Assembly (NCBI GenBank): GCA_000004695.1
Contig: CM000152.2
Coordinates: 320,001 to 384,000, forward strand
Source: Dictyostelium discoideum
Lineage: Eukaryota
Length of the DNA: 64,000 nt
Direction: 5' to 3'
The position numbers were made by a program, and so were the translations under genes. The notes below the pieces were generated by a model, which was not told where the DNA came from, ran no database searches, and worked only from the letters and a program-made list of their open reading frames with translations. This document shows, in pieces, positions 12,483-23,670 of this stretch (its first letter is position 1; each line of letters opens with the position of its first letter).

Positions 12483-14836
12483 CATTTGATTTAAATGGTA
12501 AAAAACCTACCAAAAGTAATGTTGTAAGATTATTATTAAATAGAACTAATTCTGGAAGCAATTTATTATCAAAAAGAAGAACTTCAGAGACAGGAGATGA
12601 TGATAGTAATTCTAGTGTTGGTTTATTGAATAACAGTACTGGTAGTATAGGTAAAATGAATACACCAGAATCATCACCCAAATCATCATATATTCTAAGT
12701 AGTAGTATTGGTAGTGGTGGTAGTGGTGGTGGAGGTGGTAGTAGTGGTAGTCTTCAAAATTTAGATAGTGCTAGTAATAATAGTAGTGGCCCAAGGAGTA
12801 GAAGTGGTAGTCTTGGTAAAAATAATAGTAGCCAACAAAATAATAATAATTTAATATTAGACCCAAATTTTAATAATATTGATAAATCATTATGGACTGT
12901 TAGATCATTAAAAGAACATTCAAATCTTGTTGATATTATGGAAAGAATTAAACCAGCAAGTAGAGCCATTTCATTTGGTCAAATTTATGCAAGTGAAGAA
13001 ACTCAATTTGAATTTGATCCAGTTATTGGTCGTGATAATATTTTACAATTAATTTTACAACATTTACAATTTGAAGGTTTAATGGACTCTAGAAAAATTT
13101 TAGAAGAGGAAGCTAAAATTCAATATCCAGAATATACATTCAATGAATCAAGATTAGTCACCTTATTACGTGCTGTCATAAAAGATTCTGATAAAGTTTT
13201 CGATCTAACTCTAAATGATAGAGATAAAGATTCTCAACAAAAATTAGAAGAACATTTAGCATTCCTTGGTTTATTCAAAGATGAATCTCAAACTAATATG
13301 GTTGAAGATGTAAATATCTATGATGAACCTGAAAATTCAAATATTATATATGTAGATGAAAAAGATAATGATAAACCTTCAAAAGATTCACCAACAACAG
13401 CAACAACAACAACGACAGCAACAACAATTGCACCAAGTACAAGTATTAATAATTTATCAAGTTTATCAGTTAGTATAAGTTCAAATAATATAAATAATAA
13501 TAATAATAATAATAATAATATAAATAATTTAAATAGTACACAATTAATTAGTAATACACAACAACAACAAGCAACACCAAATACACCACCACAAGGTTTA
13601 AAATCAACACAATCAATTACAGGATCAACTGGTACATTAGGACCACAAGTTAAAGCAGCATCATTAAATAAATTAGTAATTTTATTAACACCAGAGAATA
13701 ATCATGATTTAGAGTATACAAAGACATTTTTATTAATGTATCAATCATTTACAACACCAGAGATATTATTACAGAAATTGATTCAACGTTATCATGTACC
13801 ACAAAAGGCAGGTCAATCAGTTGCAGAATGGAGACAACGTTCAACTCATATTCAACTTCGTGTACTAAATGTATTGAAAACTTGGATCAAAGATTATTTC
13901 TCTGATTTCTCTGAAAAGTTAATACTTGCCATTAAATCATTATTGGAATCAATGAGACAAACTGGTAATATGTCTTATGCAAAGGTGATTTCCGATGCCT
14001 TGAATTCAGGTTTAAAGAAAAGTGGTCGTAATAACACGGTTTTCACAGTTTCAGCACCCGAGCCTAAAGTACCTAAAAACATTTGGTCTCACAATTTAGA
14101 CATTTTCTCTGTGGATGAAGAGGAGATCTCTAGACAATTGACCTTGATGGACTTTGAAATCTTTTCAAATATTAAATCAACTGAACTTTTAAATCAGTGT
14201 TGGAATAAACCAAAACTACGTCACCGTTCTCCAAATGTTTTAGAATTAATTGGTCGTTTCAATGAAATCTCTCAATGGACTGCCACTTCGATTCTCTCAT
14301 GGCCCAAGGTTAAAGACAGAGCTAGAATCATGGGTAAATTCATAAAGATCGCTGAATACTGTATGAAGCATTTAAATAATTTCAATACTTCAATGGCAAT
14401 TCTTTCCGGTTTAAACGCTTCCTCAGTGCACAGATTAAAATTCACAAAAGAGGAATTACCAAGACACACTCAACAAGTTTACACAGAGTTACAATTTCAT
14501 CTAAGTTCAGCCCAAGCTTACAAAGAGTATCGTGCTTTATTAGCCAAGGCTAATCCACCATGTTTACCTTATCTTGGTGTTTATTTAACAGATTTAACAT
14601 TCTTTGAAGAAGGTAATCCCGATTTCATTCAAGGTTTTATCAATTTCGGTAAAAGAAAGTTAATCTATGGTTCAATCTCAAATGTTCAAAGTTTTCAAAA
14701 TACAAAATATAATTTACAACCTGTTTATCAAATTGCAAAATTATTAAAAGGTTTTAAACTTTTAGAAGAAAATGAACTTTATACAAGATCAATGTCTTTT
14801 GAACCAAGAAATAAAGAAAGAAGTGAAATTTTATAA
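12483..14836 (+). CDS. Ras guanine-nucleotide exchange factor main exon: RasGEF N-terminal (REM) domain followed by a CDC25-homology catalytic domain
   Basis: The frame is open upstream of the track M (12626) back to acceptor ATTATTAG at 12481-12482. REM-like region LVILLTPENN...TFLLMYQSFTTPEILLQKLIQRY. CDC25 motifs LTLMDFEIFSNIK...ELLNQCW, ...NPPCLPYLGVYLTDLTFFEEGNPDF. Confidence 0.85.
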
Positions 14837-14995
14837 AATTATAAAAGATTATAATCTTATTATTAATAGAATAAAAATAAATAATAAAAATAATAATAAT
14901 AAAATAATAATAAATAATAATAATTAATTAATGTAACAGTAACAATTTTAAATAAAATAAAAAATTAAATAAAGTAATAAATAATTCAAAGTTTG

Positions 14996-15026
<31 letters not shown>

Positions 15027-15062
15027 TTGAATTATCAAAATAAATTATTTATTTAAATAAAT

Positions 15063-15396
15063 TTATTTTGGACAACATTTTTTGTCACATCCACATGTTT
15101 TGTTACATGTGTTTTCACATGAGCATGAAGAGCATTTACATTCTATTTGTTGTTCTTTTGGACATGAACAACTATCTTTACAACAGTTGCAGTTGTCTTT
15201 AGTTTTGCAGCATTTACAACAGTTTGCCTGAATTGTTTATTTCAATAAAAATAATAATAATAAAAAAAATAAAAGAAAATAATAATATTAAGTATTAGTT
15301 TTAAATATTAATGGTTTAGATAATAATATATATAAAAAAAAAAAAAAAAAAAATAAAAGATAAATTAAATATATAATTTTTATGTGAACATACCAT
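15063..15396 (-). CDS. metallothionein-like 55-aa Cys-rich protein (M|ANCCKCCKTKDNCNCCKDSCSCPKEQQIECKCSSCSCENTCNKTCGCDKKCCPK); exon 1 is just the ATG (15394..15396), intron 15228..15393 (GTATGT...ATTCAG), exon 2 15063..15227
   Basis: AAAATG|GTATGT arrangement typical of Dictyostelium. Exon 2 is an open 55-codon frame with 18 Cys in C-C, C-x-C and C-x-x-C spacings and a TAA stop. Not in the ORF track because it is under 60 aa. Confidence 0.5.
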
Positions 15397-16191
15397 TTTT
15401 TTATTTTTTATTATTATCTGTTTAAAATTTTAATATATTTAAAATGTTTTTTTAAATTTTTTTTTTTCGTTCTTATACTTTTTTTTTTTTCCTTTTTTAT
15501 TAAATGAAAATTTAGTAAAAATTAAAATTAAAATTAAAATTTAATAAAAATCCTTTTTTTGGAAATTTCACCCACATTCTAATATTTTCATAAAAAATAT
15601 TTTCACAATTTAAAAGACACACAAAGAAAGAAACTTTTGGAAATTTGAAAAAAAAAAAAAAAAATAAAAAAAATAAAAAAATAAAAAAAAAATAAAAAAG
15701 TTAATTTTAATATTATAATAAACAATGATACCATATTATTGTAATAATTATAAAATTTGAAATAAATAATATTTTTTTTTAAAATAATATATTATTTTTT
15801 TTTTATTTTAATTTAATATTTTCAGTTTTCTATTTTTATTGTTATTATTATTATTTTTTTTTTTAAAGAAATTTAAAGTTACCAAAATTAGGGAATTTAA
15901 ATTAATCCTGATGAATTGTAAACATTACTTTGATATTAAAATTTTTTTATTATTAACAAAATTGATAAATGAGTGATGGATTATTTTTTATAAGGGAATA
16001 ATTTTTTCATCTTGAATATTAACTGAGAATCTTATTTCTAATTCACCTCTTTCATTCAAAAAATCTTGTAAAACTTTTCTTGATTCTGTAAAACTATTAC
16101 CCAACCCAAATTTCTCGATTCTTCGAAATCTATTAGAAGCAATATTAGTATTAAACATCTTTAAATAAATTTATAATAAAGAGAATATACG

Positions 16192-17273
16192 CTATTTACC
16201 TTGATGATATGGTCCAAATGATATCACAGTGGCAGTTGAATCATCTGGTGGAATTAAAGAAAATGAAAACATATATTTTAAGAGTATATCGGATCTTGTT
16301 TTTCTCATTAAATATATACCAAGCTTTCCTTTATTTCCGGTATTGCCTTTTGGATAAATCCTAATATTAAATTTGTGAGATCCCACTTTAAAAACATTTG
16401 ATTCTTTATATTTTTCATGGGTATATAATGCACTAACACTTCTATAGTCAGGAATAATCCATTTGTTACTGTATTCCATCTCTTTAAAACCATTCTGTTT
16501 CAAAACATTTATTTCCTTTTTCAATTGAGTATAATCACAAAGGAGGATGTTAAGTTTTTGATTAATTTCTTCCATTTTTTTTTCTTGATTTAAAAAACTT
16601 TGATTATCTTTTTTTATTATTTCATTTTGATTCATTAGTTTTGTGACTGAATGTTCTAAAGAGTGAATTTTCATTTTTGATCTAGGAAAAAGTTTTCCAC
16701 ATAAAAATTCTTGACAAATAATATTAATATCAGACAATCATCATTTATATGTTTAGTTTTTGTATCTCTTTTAATCATAATTTTACAATGAGAGCATTCT
16801 ATTAAATATTTTGTGCAATGTGTTTTATGATGATCAGATAATGACGATCTTTGAATATTACTATTACAATATACACATTTTGAATATACTTTTGAACATT
16901 CATTTTGATGTTTGTCTGAATCCTTACTAAAAAACTTAATTAAACATAAATCACATTGCAATATTCTTGATTCACAAACTTTATAATGATTCTCTAATTC
17001 ACTAAATTTCATTACACCATGATTACATAGATCTTGATGTAATGTTTGATTGCTATTATTAATAGCAGGTAAACCCAACATGTTGAGTCTAAATACATTT
17101 TCGTTTGAATTTGGACAAAAAACCAATCTGTCTTTTAACCAATTAGAATATTCATTTTCCAAAAATCTATTTCTTGATAATTCTGAAATAGAAGAAATTG
17201 GTGTTTTACAAGTCATACACTTTTTATTTGTACTTAAATATCTTTCCCAACAACTTCTACAAGCTAAATGACC
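16192..17273 (-). CDS. TRAF-family paralog A, exon 2 (rest of RING, three TRAF-type zinc fingers, coiled coil, C-terminal MATH domain). A 1-bp deletion relative to copy B near 16735-16745 splits the frame, so this may be a pseudogene or a sequence error
   Basis: Acceptor AAAAAG|GGTCAT at 17274-17275. Track ORFs 16671..17216 and 16192..16737 are the two halves in different frames. Alignment to copy B shows 38 nt versus 39 nt between identical flanks. Confidence 0.55.
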
Positions 17274-17348
17274 CTTTTTCCAAAATTATAAATATTATAT
17301 GGTTAGAATAAATAATGTTAGATTATTAATAATATAATTTATATTTAC

Positions 17349-17549
17349 TTCTTTGCATTGAAGAGCTTTTGGTTCACTTCCAATAAATAATTCTAAACTA
17401 CAAATAATACATTCATATTTTTCTTCATCTGAATCAAATAAAATATCTTTTATTTCATATTTAATTGGAATTGCTGTTTGTGTAATTCTTGTTGGAGATG
17501 TTGCGTTGTTTACATGATTTAAAATACCGAACATTTTTTTTAAAGACAT
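17349..17549 (-). CDS. TRAF-family paralog A, exon 1 (N-terminal half of a C3HC4 RING finger: ...YECIICSLELFIGSEPKALQCKE|)
   Basis: ATG at 17549; GTAAAT donor at 17348; phase 0; near-identical to copy B exon 1. Confidence 0.6.
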
Positions 17550-17837
17550 TAAAAGAACAAATATAATAAAAAAGAAAATTCTAAGACATTAAAAGAACAA
17601 AAATAAAAAAAAAAGAAAAAAAAGAAATATAATAGGAAATGGCAGTTTGTGTTTTTTAAAAAATTTTTTTTTTTAATTACGAAAATAAATTTGATATTTG
17701 ATTTATTTATTATTGATTATCTTGATCAAAATTAAATTAACAAATAATAAATCTTTAAAAATTTAATTGATTAGACCATGTAAAAAAATTAGTATAATAA
17801 AAAAAAAATTAAGATAAAATATTATATTTAATTTTTT

Positions 17838-17860
17838 ATGTGAACATACCATTTTTTTTT
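17838..17860. other. orphan second copy of the metallothionein-like gene 5' end (AAAATG|GTATGTTCACATAAAAA on the minus strand) with no Cys-rich exon downstream; marks the duplication junction
   Basis: Identical 22-nt motif at 15381-15402 where it is the real start codon and donor; region 17550-17830 contains no Cys-rich frame. Confidence 0.5.
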
Positions 17861-18476
17861 TTTAATTTTTTTTATTATCTTTTGTAATATCTTTTAATTG
17901 TTTTTAAAAAATTTTTTTATTCTACTTGAAGTATACTTTTTTTAATTTTTTTATTCCACTTGAAGTATACTTTTTTTAATTTTTTTTTTTTTTTATGAAG
18001 TTTGATATAATATTATAATAAACAAAGATTATTGTAATATTATAAAATTTGAAATAAATAATTTTTTTTTTTTTAAATCAATATATTGTTTTTTATTTTA
18101 ATTTAATATATTTCATTTTATTTTTATTACTATTATTTTTTTCAATCAAATTTAAAGTTACCAAGATAGAGAGTTCGAATTAATCCTGATGAATTATAAA
18201 CATTAGTTTTATATTAAATTTTTTTTATTATTAACAAGACTAATATATGAGCGATCTATTAATTTTTATAAGGGAATAATTTTTTCATCTTGAATAGTAA
18301 TTGAGAAACTTATTTCTAATTCACCTTTTTCATTCAAAAAATCTTTTAAAACCTTTCTTGAATCTGTAAATACATTAGTACCACAACTCAAACTTCTAGA
18401 TTCTTCGAAATCTATTAGAAGCAATATTAGTACTTATTAACTTCTTTAAATAAATTTAAAATAAAGAGAATATAAA

Positions 18477-19556
18477 CTATTTACCTCTATGGATTGGTCC
18501 TAATGATACTTTTGTAGCAGTTGAATCTTCTGGTGGAAGTAAAGAAAATGAAAACATATATTTTAAGAGTATACCATATCTTGGTTTCCTTTCTAAAAAT
18601 ACACCAAACTTTCCTTGTTTTCCGGCTTGACCATTTGGATAAATCTTAATATAAAATGTGTGGGATCCCACTTGAAAATCATTTGAATTTTTACTCTTTT
18701 TATGAGTATATAAAGCATTAAAACTTCTATATTCAGGAATAATCCATTTGTTACTGTATACCATCTCTTTAAAACTGTTCTGTTTCAAAACAGCTATTTC
18801 ATTTTTCAATTGAATATAATTATTAAGGAGGTTGTTAAGTTTTAGTTTAATTTCTTCGATTTTTTTTTCTTGATCCAAATTTTGATTATCTTTTTTTATT
18901 ATTTCATTTTGATTCATTAGTTTTGTGACTGAATGTTCTAAAGAATGAATTTGCATTTTTGATCTAGTAAAACGTTTGCCACATAAATATTCCGAACAAG
19001 TAATCATAATTTCTTCACAATCATCATTTATATGTTTTGTTATTGTATCTCTTTTAATCATAATTTTACAATGAGGGCATTCTATTAAATATTTTGTGCA
19101 ATGTGTTTTATGATGATCAGATAATGATGATCTTAGAATATTACTATTACAAAATTCACATTTTGAATATACTTTTGAACATTCATTTTGATGTTTGTCT
19201 GAATCCTTACTACAAAATTTAATTAAACATAAATTACATTGTAATATTCTTGATTCACAAGCTTTATAATGATTCTGTAATTCACTAAATTTCATTGCAC
19301 CATGATTACATAGATCTTGATGTAATGTTTGATTGCTATTATTAATAGCAGGTAAACCCGACATATTGAGTCTAAATACATTTTCGTTTGAATTTGGACA
19401 AAAAACTAGTCTATCGTTTAACCAATTAGAATATTCTTTTTCCAAGTATCTATTTCTTGATAATTCTGAAATTGAAGAAATTGGTGTTTTACAAGTCATA
19501 CACTGTTTATTTGTGCTTAGATATCTTTCCCAACAACGTCTACAAGCTAAATGACC
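18477..19556 (-). CDS. TRAF-family paralog B, exon 2 (intact). Product of about 424 aa with RING (C3HC4, split by the intron), TRAF zinc fingers, coiled coil and MATH/TRAF-C domain
   Basis: GHLACRRCWERYLSTNKQCMTC completes the RING. Repeated C-x-C...H...C zinc-finger units. C-terminal YSNKWIIPEYRSF...FYIKIYPNG...FGVFLE MATH-like strands. Acceptor TAAAG|GGTCAT. Confidence 0.75.
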   Translation of the reverse strand, partial: GHLACRRCWERYLSTNKQCMTCKTPISSISELSRNRYLEKEYSNWLNDRLVFCPNSNENVFRLNMSGLPAINNSNQTLHQDLCNHGAMKFSELQNHYKACESRILQCNLCLIKFCSKDSDKHQNECSKVYSKCEFCNSNILRSSLSDHHKTHCTKYLIECPHCKIMIKRDTITKHINDDCEEIMITCSEYLCGKRFTRSKMQIHSLEHSVTKLMNQNEIIKKDNQNLDQEKKIEEIKLKLNNLLNNYIQLKNEIAVLKQNSFKEMVYSNKWIIPEYRSFNALYTHKKSKNSNDFQVGSHTFYIKIYPNGQAGKQGKFGVFLERKPRYGILLKYMFSFSLLPPEDSTATKVSLGPIHRGK

Positions 19557-19635
19557 CTTTATTTAAATGATTTTAATTAAATTATATGGTTAGAATAAAT
19601 ATTGTGATATAATTGATAATTTAATTAATATTTAC

Positions 19636-19827
19636 TTCTTTGCATTGAAGAGCTTTTGGTTCACTTTCAATAAATAATTCTAAAGTACAAATATCACATT
19701 CATACTTTTCTTCATCTGAATCAACTAATATATCTTTTATTTCATATTTAATTGGGATTACTTTTGGTGTAATTTTTGTTGGAGATGTTGGGTTGTTTAT
19801 GTTGTTAATTAGATTTATAAAATCAAG

Positions 19828-19830
<3 letters not shown>
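19636..19830 (-). CDS. TRAF-family paralog B, exon 1 (RING N-half, CDIC...C)
   Basis: ATG 19830; donor GTAAAT at 19635; intron 19557..19635. Confidence 0.7.
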
Positions 19831-19860
<30 letters not shown>

Positions 19861-20519
19861 CTAATAATGAGTATGAACAAAAATTAAAAAATAAAAGAAA
19901 AAAAGAAGAATAATTGGAAATTATGGTGAGTGTTACTGTTTGGAGGATGTTAAAAAAAAAAAAAAAAAAAAAAAAATAAATCAAAAATTAATCGTAATTT
20001 ATTTTAAAAAAAAAAAAAAAAATTTTTTTTCAATTTTGATTTTTGATTTATTATCTAGATTTAAAGCACAATGAAGCAGTTAGGGAATTAATTTTTTTTT
20101 TTTTGGGATATTTTTTTCTTTTTTTGGTGTCACGAAATCAGGAAAATAAAAAAAAATTAAAAATTAAAAATATATATTAATTATTTTTTTTTTTTTTAAT
20201 TTTACATTTTTATATTTTATTTATTTTTATATTTTTATTGTTTTTTTCAATGAAATTTAAAATTTCCAAAAATAGAGCAATTGATAATTTTTTATAATGG
20301 AACAGTTTCTTCACCTTTAATATTAATTGTGAAATATAATTCTAGTTCACCCCTTTCATTCAAATAATTTTTTAAAACATTTGTTGAATCTGTAAATTCA
20401 CTAGTACCCCAAAAGAAATTTTTAGATTCATGAAAATCTAATAGAAGCAAAATTAGTATTTTTTTTTTTCATCTTTAAATAAATTAATAAAAATGAGAAT
20501 AAACAGTATTTACCTATAT

Positions 20520-21780
20520 AGCATGGTTTCGATTTAATAATTTTTTTAAAATTTGAATCATTTGGTGGATTTTTAAAAAATAAAATATCATGTGTGCCAT
20601 ATATTGGCTCTCTAACTAATAATACAGCAAACTTTCCATGTTTTTTGGCCCTGCATTTGGATAAATCCTAAGATTAAATTTGTGAGAGCCCACTTTTAAA
20701 AACATTTGAATCTAAGTGCTTTTAATAATTCACTAACCTTTTAATAGTCATGAATAACCCATTTGTTTGTATGTCCTATTTCTTTTAAAACCATTATCTT
20801 TTGTATTAGTTAACCCATTTTGATTCATTAATTTGGCTACTGAATGTTCTAAAGAATGGATTTGTCTTTTTGTTCTCTTAAAACTTTTGCCACATAAATA
20901 TTCTGGACAAAAATCATTATTTCTTCACAATCATCATTTAAATGTTTTGTTTTTGTATCTCTTTCACTCACCATTTTACAATAAGTACATTCTATTGTAG
21001 ATCATCATTATCTGATCATCATAAAACTTATTGTAAAAAAAATTTTTTACAATAAGTTTTATGATGATCAGATAATGATGATCTTATGATATCAGTATTA
21101 CAAAATTCACATTTTAAAAATACTTTTGGACATTCATTTTGATGTTTTTCAGAGTCCATACCAAAAAACTTAACTAAACATAAATTACATTGTAATATTT
21201 CTAGATTCACAATTTTGAATATGTTTCTCTAATTCACTGAATTTCATTACTCCACGAATACACAAATCTTAATGTAATTTTTGATCAATGCTATTATTTT
21301 CATTATTAATAGCAGGAGAACCTAACATGTTGATTCTATATAAATTTTCAATGGAATATGGACAAACAACTAATCTATTTGATAGTCAATCAGAATATTC
21401 ATTTTCAAAAATTCTATTTCTTGATAATTCTGAAATTGGCATTTTACAAATCATACAATCTTTTTTTGTTCTTAAATGACTTTCCCAACAATTTGAACAA
21501 ACTAAATGACCCTTTTTAAAATATATATTTGGTTAGAATAAATGATGTGTTATATTAAATAAAAAAATTGTATATTTACTTCTTTGCATTGAAGAGCACT
21601 TGCATGATTTCCAATAGAATATTCTGAATAATAATTACATTCATATTTTTCTGCATCTGAATCAACTAAAATATCTTTTGTTTCATATTCAATTGAGACT
21701 GTTATTGGTGTAATTTTTGTTGAAGATGTTGTGTTGTTCAAATGATTAAAAATACCAAACATTTTGTTTTTTCCAACCAA
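20520..21780 (-). pseudogene. TRAF-family paralog C, shattered pseudogene: recognisable exon-1 and zinc-finger pieces, internal deletions (coiled coil/MATH mostly gone) and an inverted duplication at 21001-21082
   Basis: Track fragments 21550..21780 (MVGKNKMFGIFNHLNN...YECNYYS...) and 21028..21210 (ILQCNLCLVKFFGMDSEKHQNECPKVFLKCEFCNTDI) align to copies A/B but are in different frames with stops. Confidence 0.6.
21001..21082. repeat. near-perfect palindrome, two 40-bp inverted arms (atcatcattatctgatcatcataaaacttattgtaaaaaa / reverse complement) centred on an A8T6 run, inside TRAF pseudogene C
   Basis: The right arm is the native TRAF zinc-finger coding sequence (same as 19105-19140 in copy B); the left arm is its inverted copy. 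Confidence 0.7.
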
Positions 21781-21839
21781 AATAAAAAAAAAATAAAAAT
21801 AAAAATAAAAAAGTTCTAGTTCGGAGGAGGAAAAAAAAA

Positions 21840-22200
21840 AAAAAAGAAATCAAAGGAACTTGTTTTTAGTGTGATGGTTTTGAGGATGTTAAAAAAAGAA
21901 ATAAAGTAACTGGTAGTGAGTATTATGGTTTTAAGGGTGTAAAAAATTAAAAAAATAGAAATAAAAGAAATGTTGGTGATTATATAGTTTTAAACTATAT
22001 GGTTTGTAGGATGTGAAAAAAAGAAATAAAAAAAAAGAAATCAAAGAACCGTTGGTGATTTTATAGTTTTATTGTTTTAAGGATTTTAAAAAAAGAAATA
22101 AAATATCTGGTGGTAAATATTATGGTTTTGAGGATGTAAAAAAAAAAAAAAAAAAAGAAATCGAAGGATTTTATAGTTTGCATGAAGTTAAAAAAAAAAA
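21840..22200. repeat. minisatellite of about six 55-70 bp units (gaaat...ggtggtga.tattatggttttgaggatgt.aaaaaaa) in the 5' flank of TRAF copy C; single copies of the same element lie upstream of copy B (19900-19950) and copy A (17610-17660)
   Basis: Direct visual periodicity: the ggttttgaggatgt / ggtttgtaggatgt / ttttaagggtgt cores recur 6 times separated by poly-A. Confidence 0.6.
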
Positions 22201-22259
22201 TTTAAAAAATAAATAAAATTTTTCTCAACTTAATTTTAATTATACAAAATATATTCAAC

Positions 22260-22760
22260 TTATTTTTTAACACTATTGATTAATGGTAAACCCATATTGA
22301 GTCCAAATGTATTTAATTTGGAATATGGACAAACAACTAATCTATTATTTAACCAATTAAAATATTCATTTTCTAAATATCTACTTCTTGATAACATTAA
22401 AATTGATGGAATTGGAGTTCTGCAAATCATACACTCTTTTCTTAAAACTAAACATTTTTCCCAACAACTTTTACAAGCAAAATGACCCTATTTTTTTTTA
22501 AATTATATAAATAAATAATGTAGTGAGTATAATTATTATATTTTAATTATTAGATATGTATGTATTTATTTATTTACTTCTTTGCATTGAAGAGCTTCTG
22601 GTTTTTTCTCATTAATTAACTCTGAATTACAAATATCGCATTCATATTTTATTTCACTTGAATCAACTAATATATCTTTTATTTCATATCTAATTTGGGC
22701 TGGTATTGTTTCAATTTTTGTTGGACCTCTTCTATCCATTAGAGATACGACCCTAATCAT
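22260..22760 (-). pseudogene. TRAF-family paralog D, truncated. Exon 1 (22578..22760) plus a shortened exon 2 (22260..22487) give an intact 140-aa RING-only ORF; zinc-finger, coiled-coil and MATH parts are absent. Either a remnant or a RING-only neo-gene
   Basis: Same exon-1/intron/acceptor architecture as A/B (GTAAAT donor 22577, acceptor AATAG|GGTCAT). The frame runs ...[30 protein letters not shown]... to TAA at 22260. Confidence 0.45.
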
Positions 22761-22895
22761 TTTTTTTTAAATCCAAAATTGTGTAATTTAAAAATTTAAT
22801 GGCAACTATCAAAAAAAAAAAAAAAAAAAAAAATTAATTTATTTTCGTTCTTCAATATTTAAATTAAAATTGTGTTAAAAGTTAATATATGCTGA

Positions 22896-22926
<31 letters not shown>

Positions 22927-23306
22927 AGATCTTTTAACAAATTCTAAAATCCAATTCTTTAAATCCAGTAAATTTTAACTTTATTCAAGCAAAAAAAAAA
23001 AAAAAAAAAAAAAAACTCTATATCGGGTATTTTAATTTTTTTTTTTAAAAAAAAACCATTAATTTTATTTTTAATTTGTTAATTAAAAGGAATTTTTTGT
23101 TTTATAATTGATTGTTATAATATAAACACAAAAATAAATTAATATCAATTTTTATTTTTTGAATTAAAATTATCATCCATTCAATAATTAATTGGTACTG
23201 TTGTTGTCTAGAGAGTATGAAAAAAACCATTGTGGTTTTTATTTTAATCATTTTTTTTAAATCTTTATATAAAAATATATTTACAAAAATGTAAATACCA
23301 TTTTTC

Positions 23307-23337
<31 letters not shown>

Positions 23338-23454
23338 TAATAATATTTTAAAACACATTATTTATTTTATTATTTTTTATTTTTTTACAACTTTTTTATT
23401 ATTTAAAATAATTTTTTTATTCTTTGAGCCTTTTAAGTACTTTTTTAATTATTT

Positions 23455-23491
<37 letters not shown>

Positions 23492-23670
23492 CTGATTACA
23501 CCCCATTTTATTAAATATAATATTTTGGGTTGACTTCCAATTATGATTTTGATAATTTTAAAACATTTGATATGTACATATATATATTTTGTTTTAATTT
23601 TAATTTATTTAAATTTATTTTATTTTATTTTATTTTTATTAATTATTTTATTTTATTTTTATTTTTATTT

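Larger units (their letters stand above)
15380..19870. repeat. tandem segmental duplication: two units of about 2.45 kb, each carrying a TRAF gene, its flanks and the 5' end of the metallothionein-like gene
   Basis: Collinear similarity of 15380-16200 with 17838-18490 (for example aatttttatgtgaacataccattttttt, tattataataaaca...tataaaatttgaaataaataat, aaagttaccaa...ttaatcctgatgaatt) and of the two gene bodies. Confidence 0.7.

Noticed and set aside
18165-18185. gagagttcgaattaatcc resembling a tRNA T-arm box (GTTCGAAT)
   Set aside because: No flanking 70-nt GC-rich cloverleaf; it is part of the duplicated TRAF flank (the copy at 15885 differs) and no acceptor stem can be drawn
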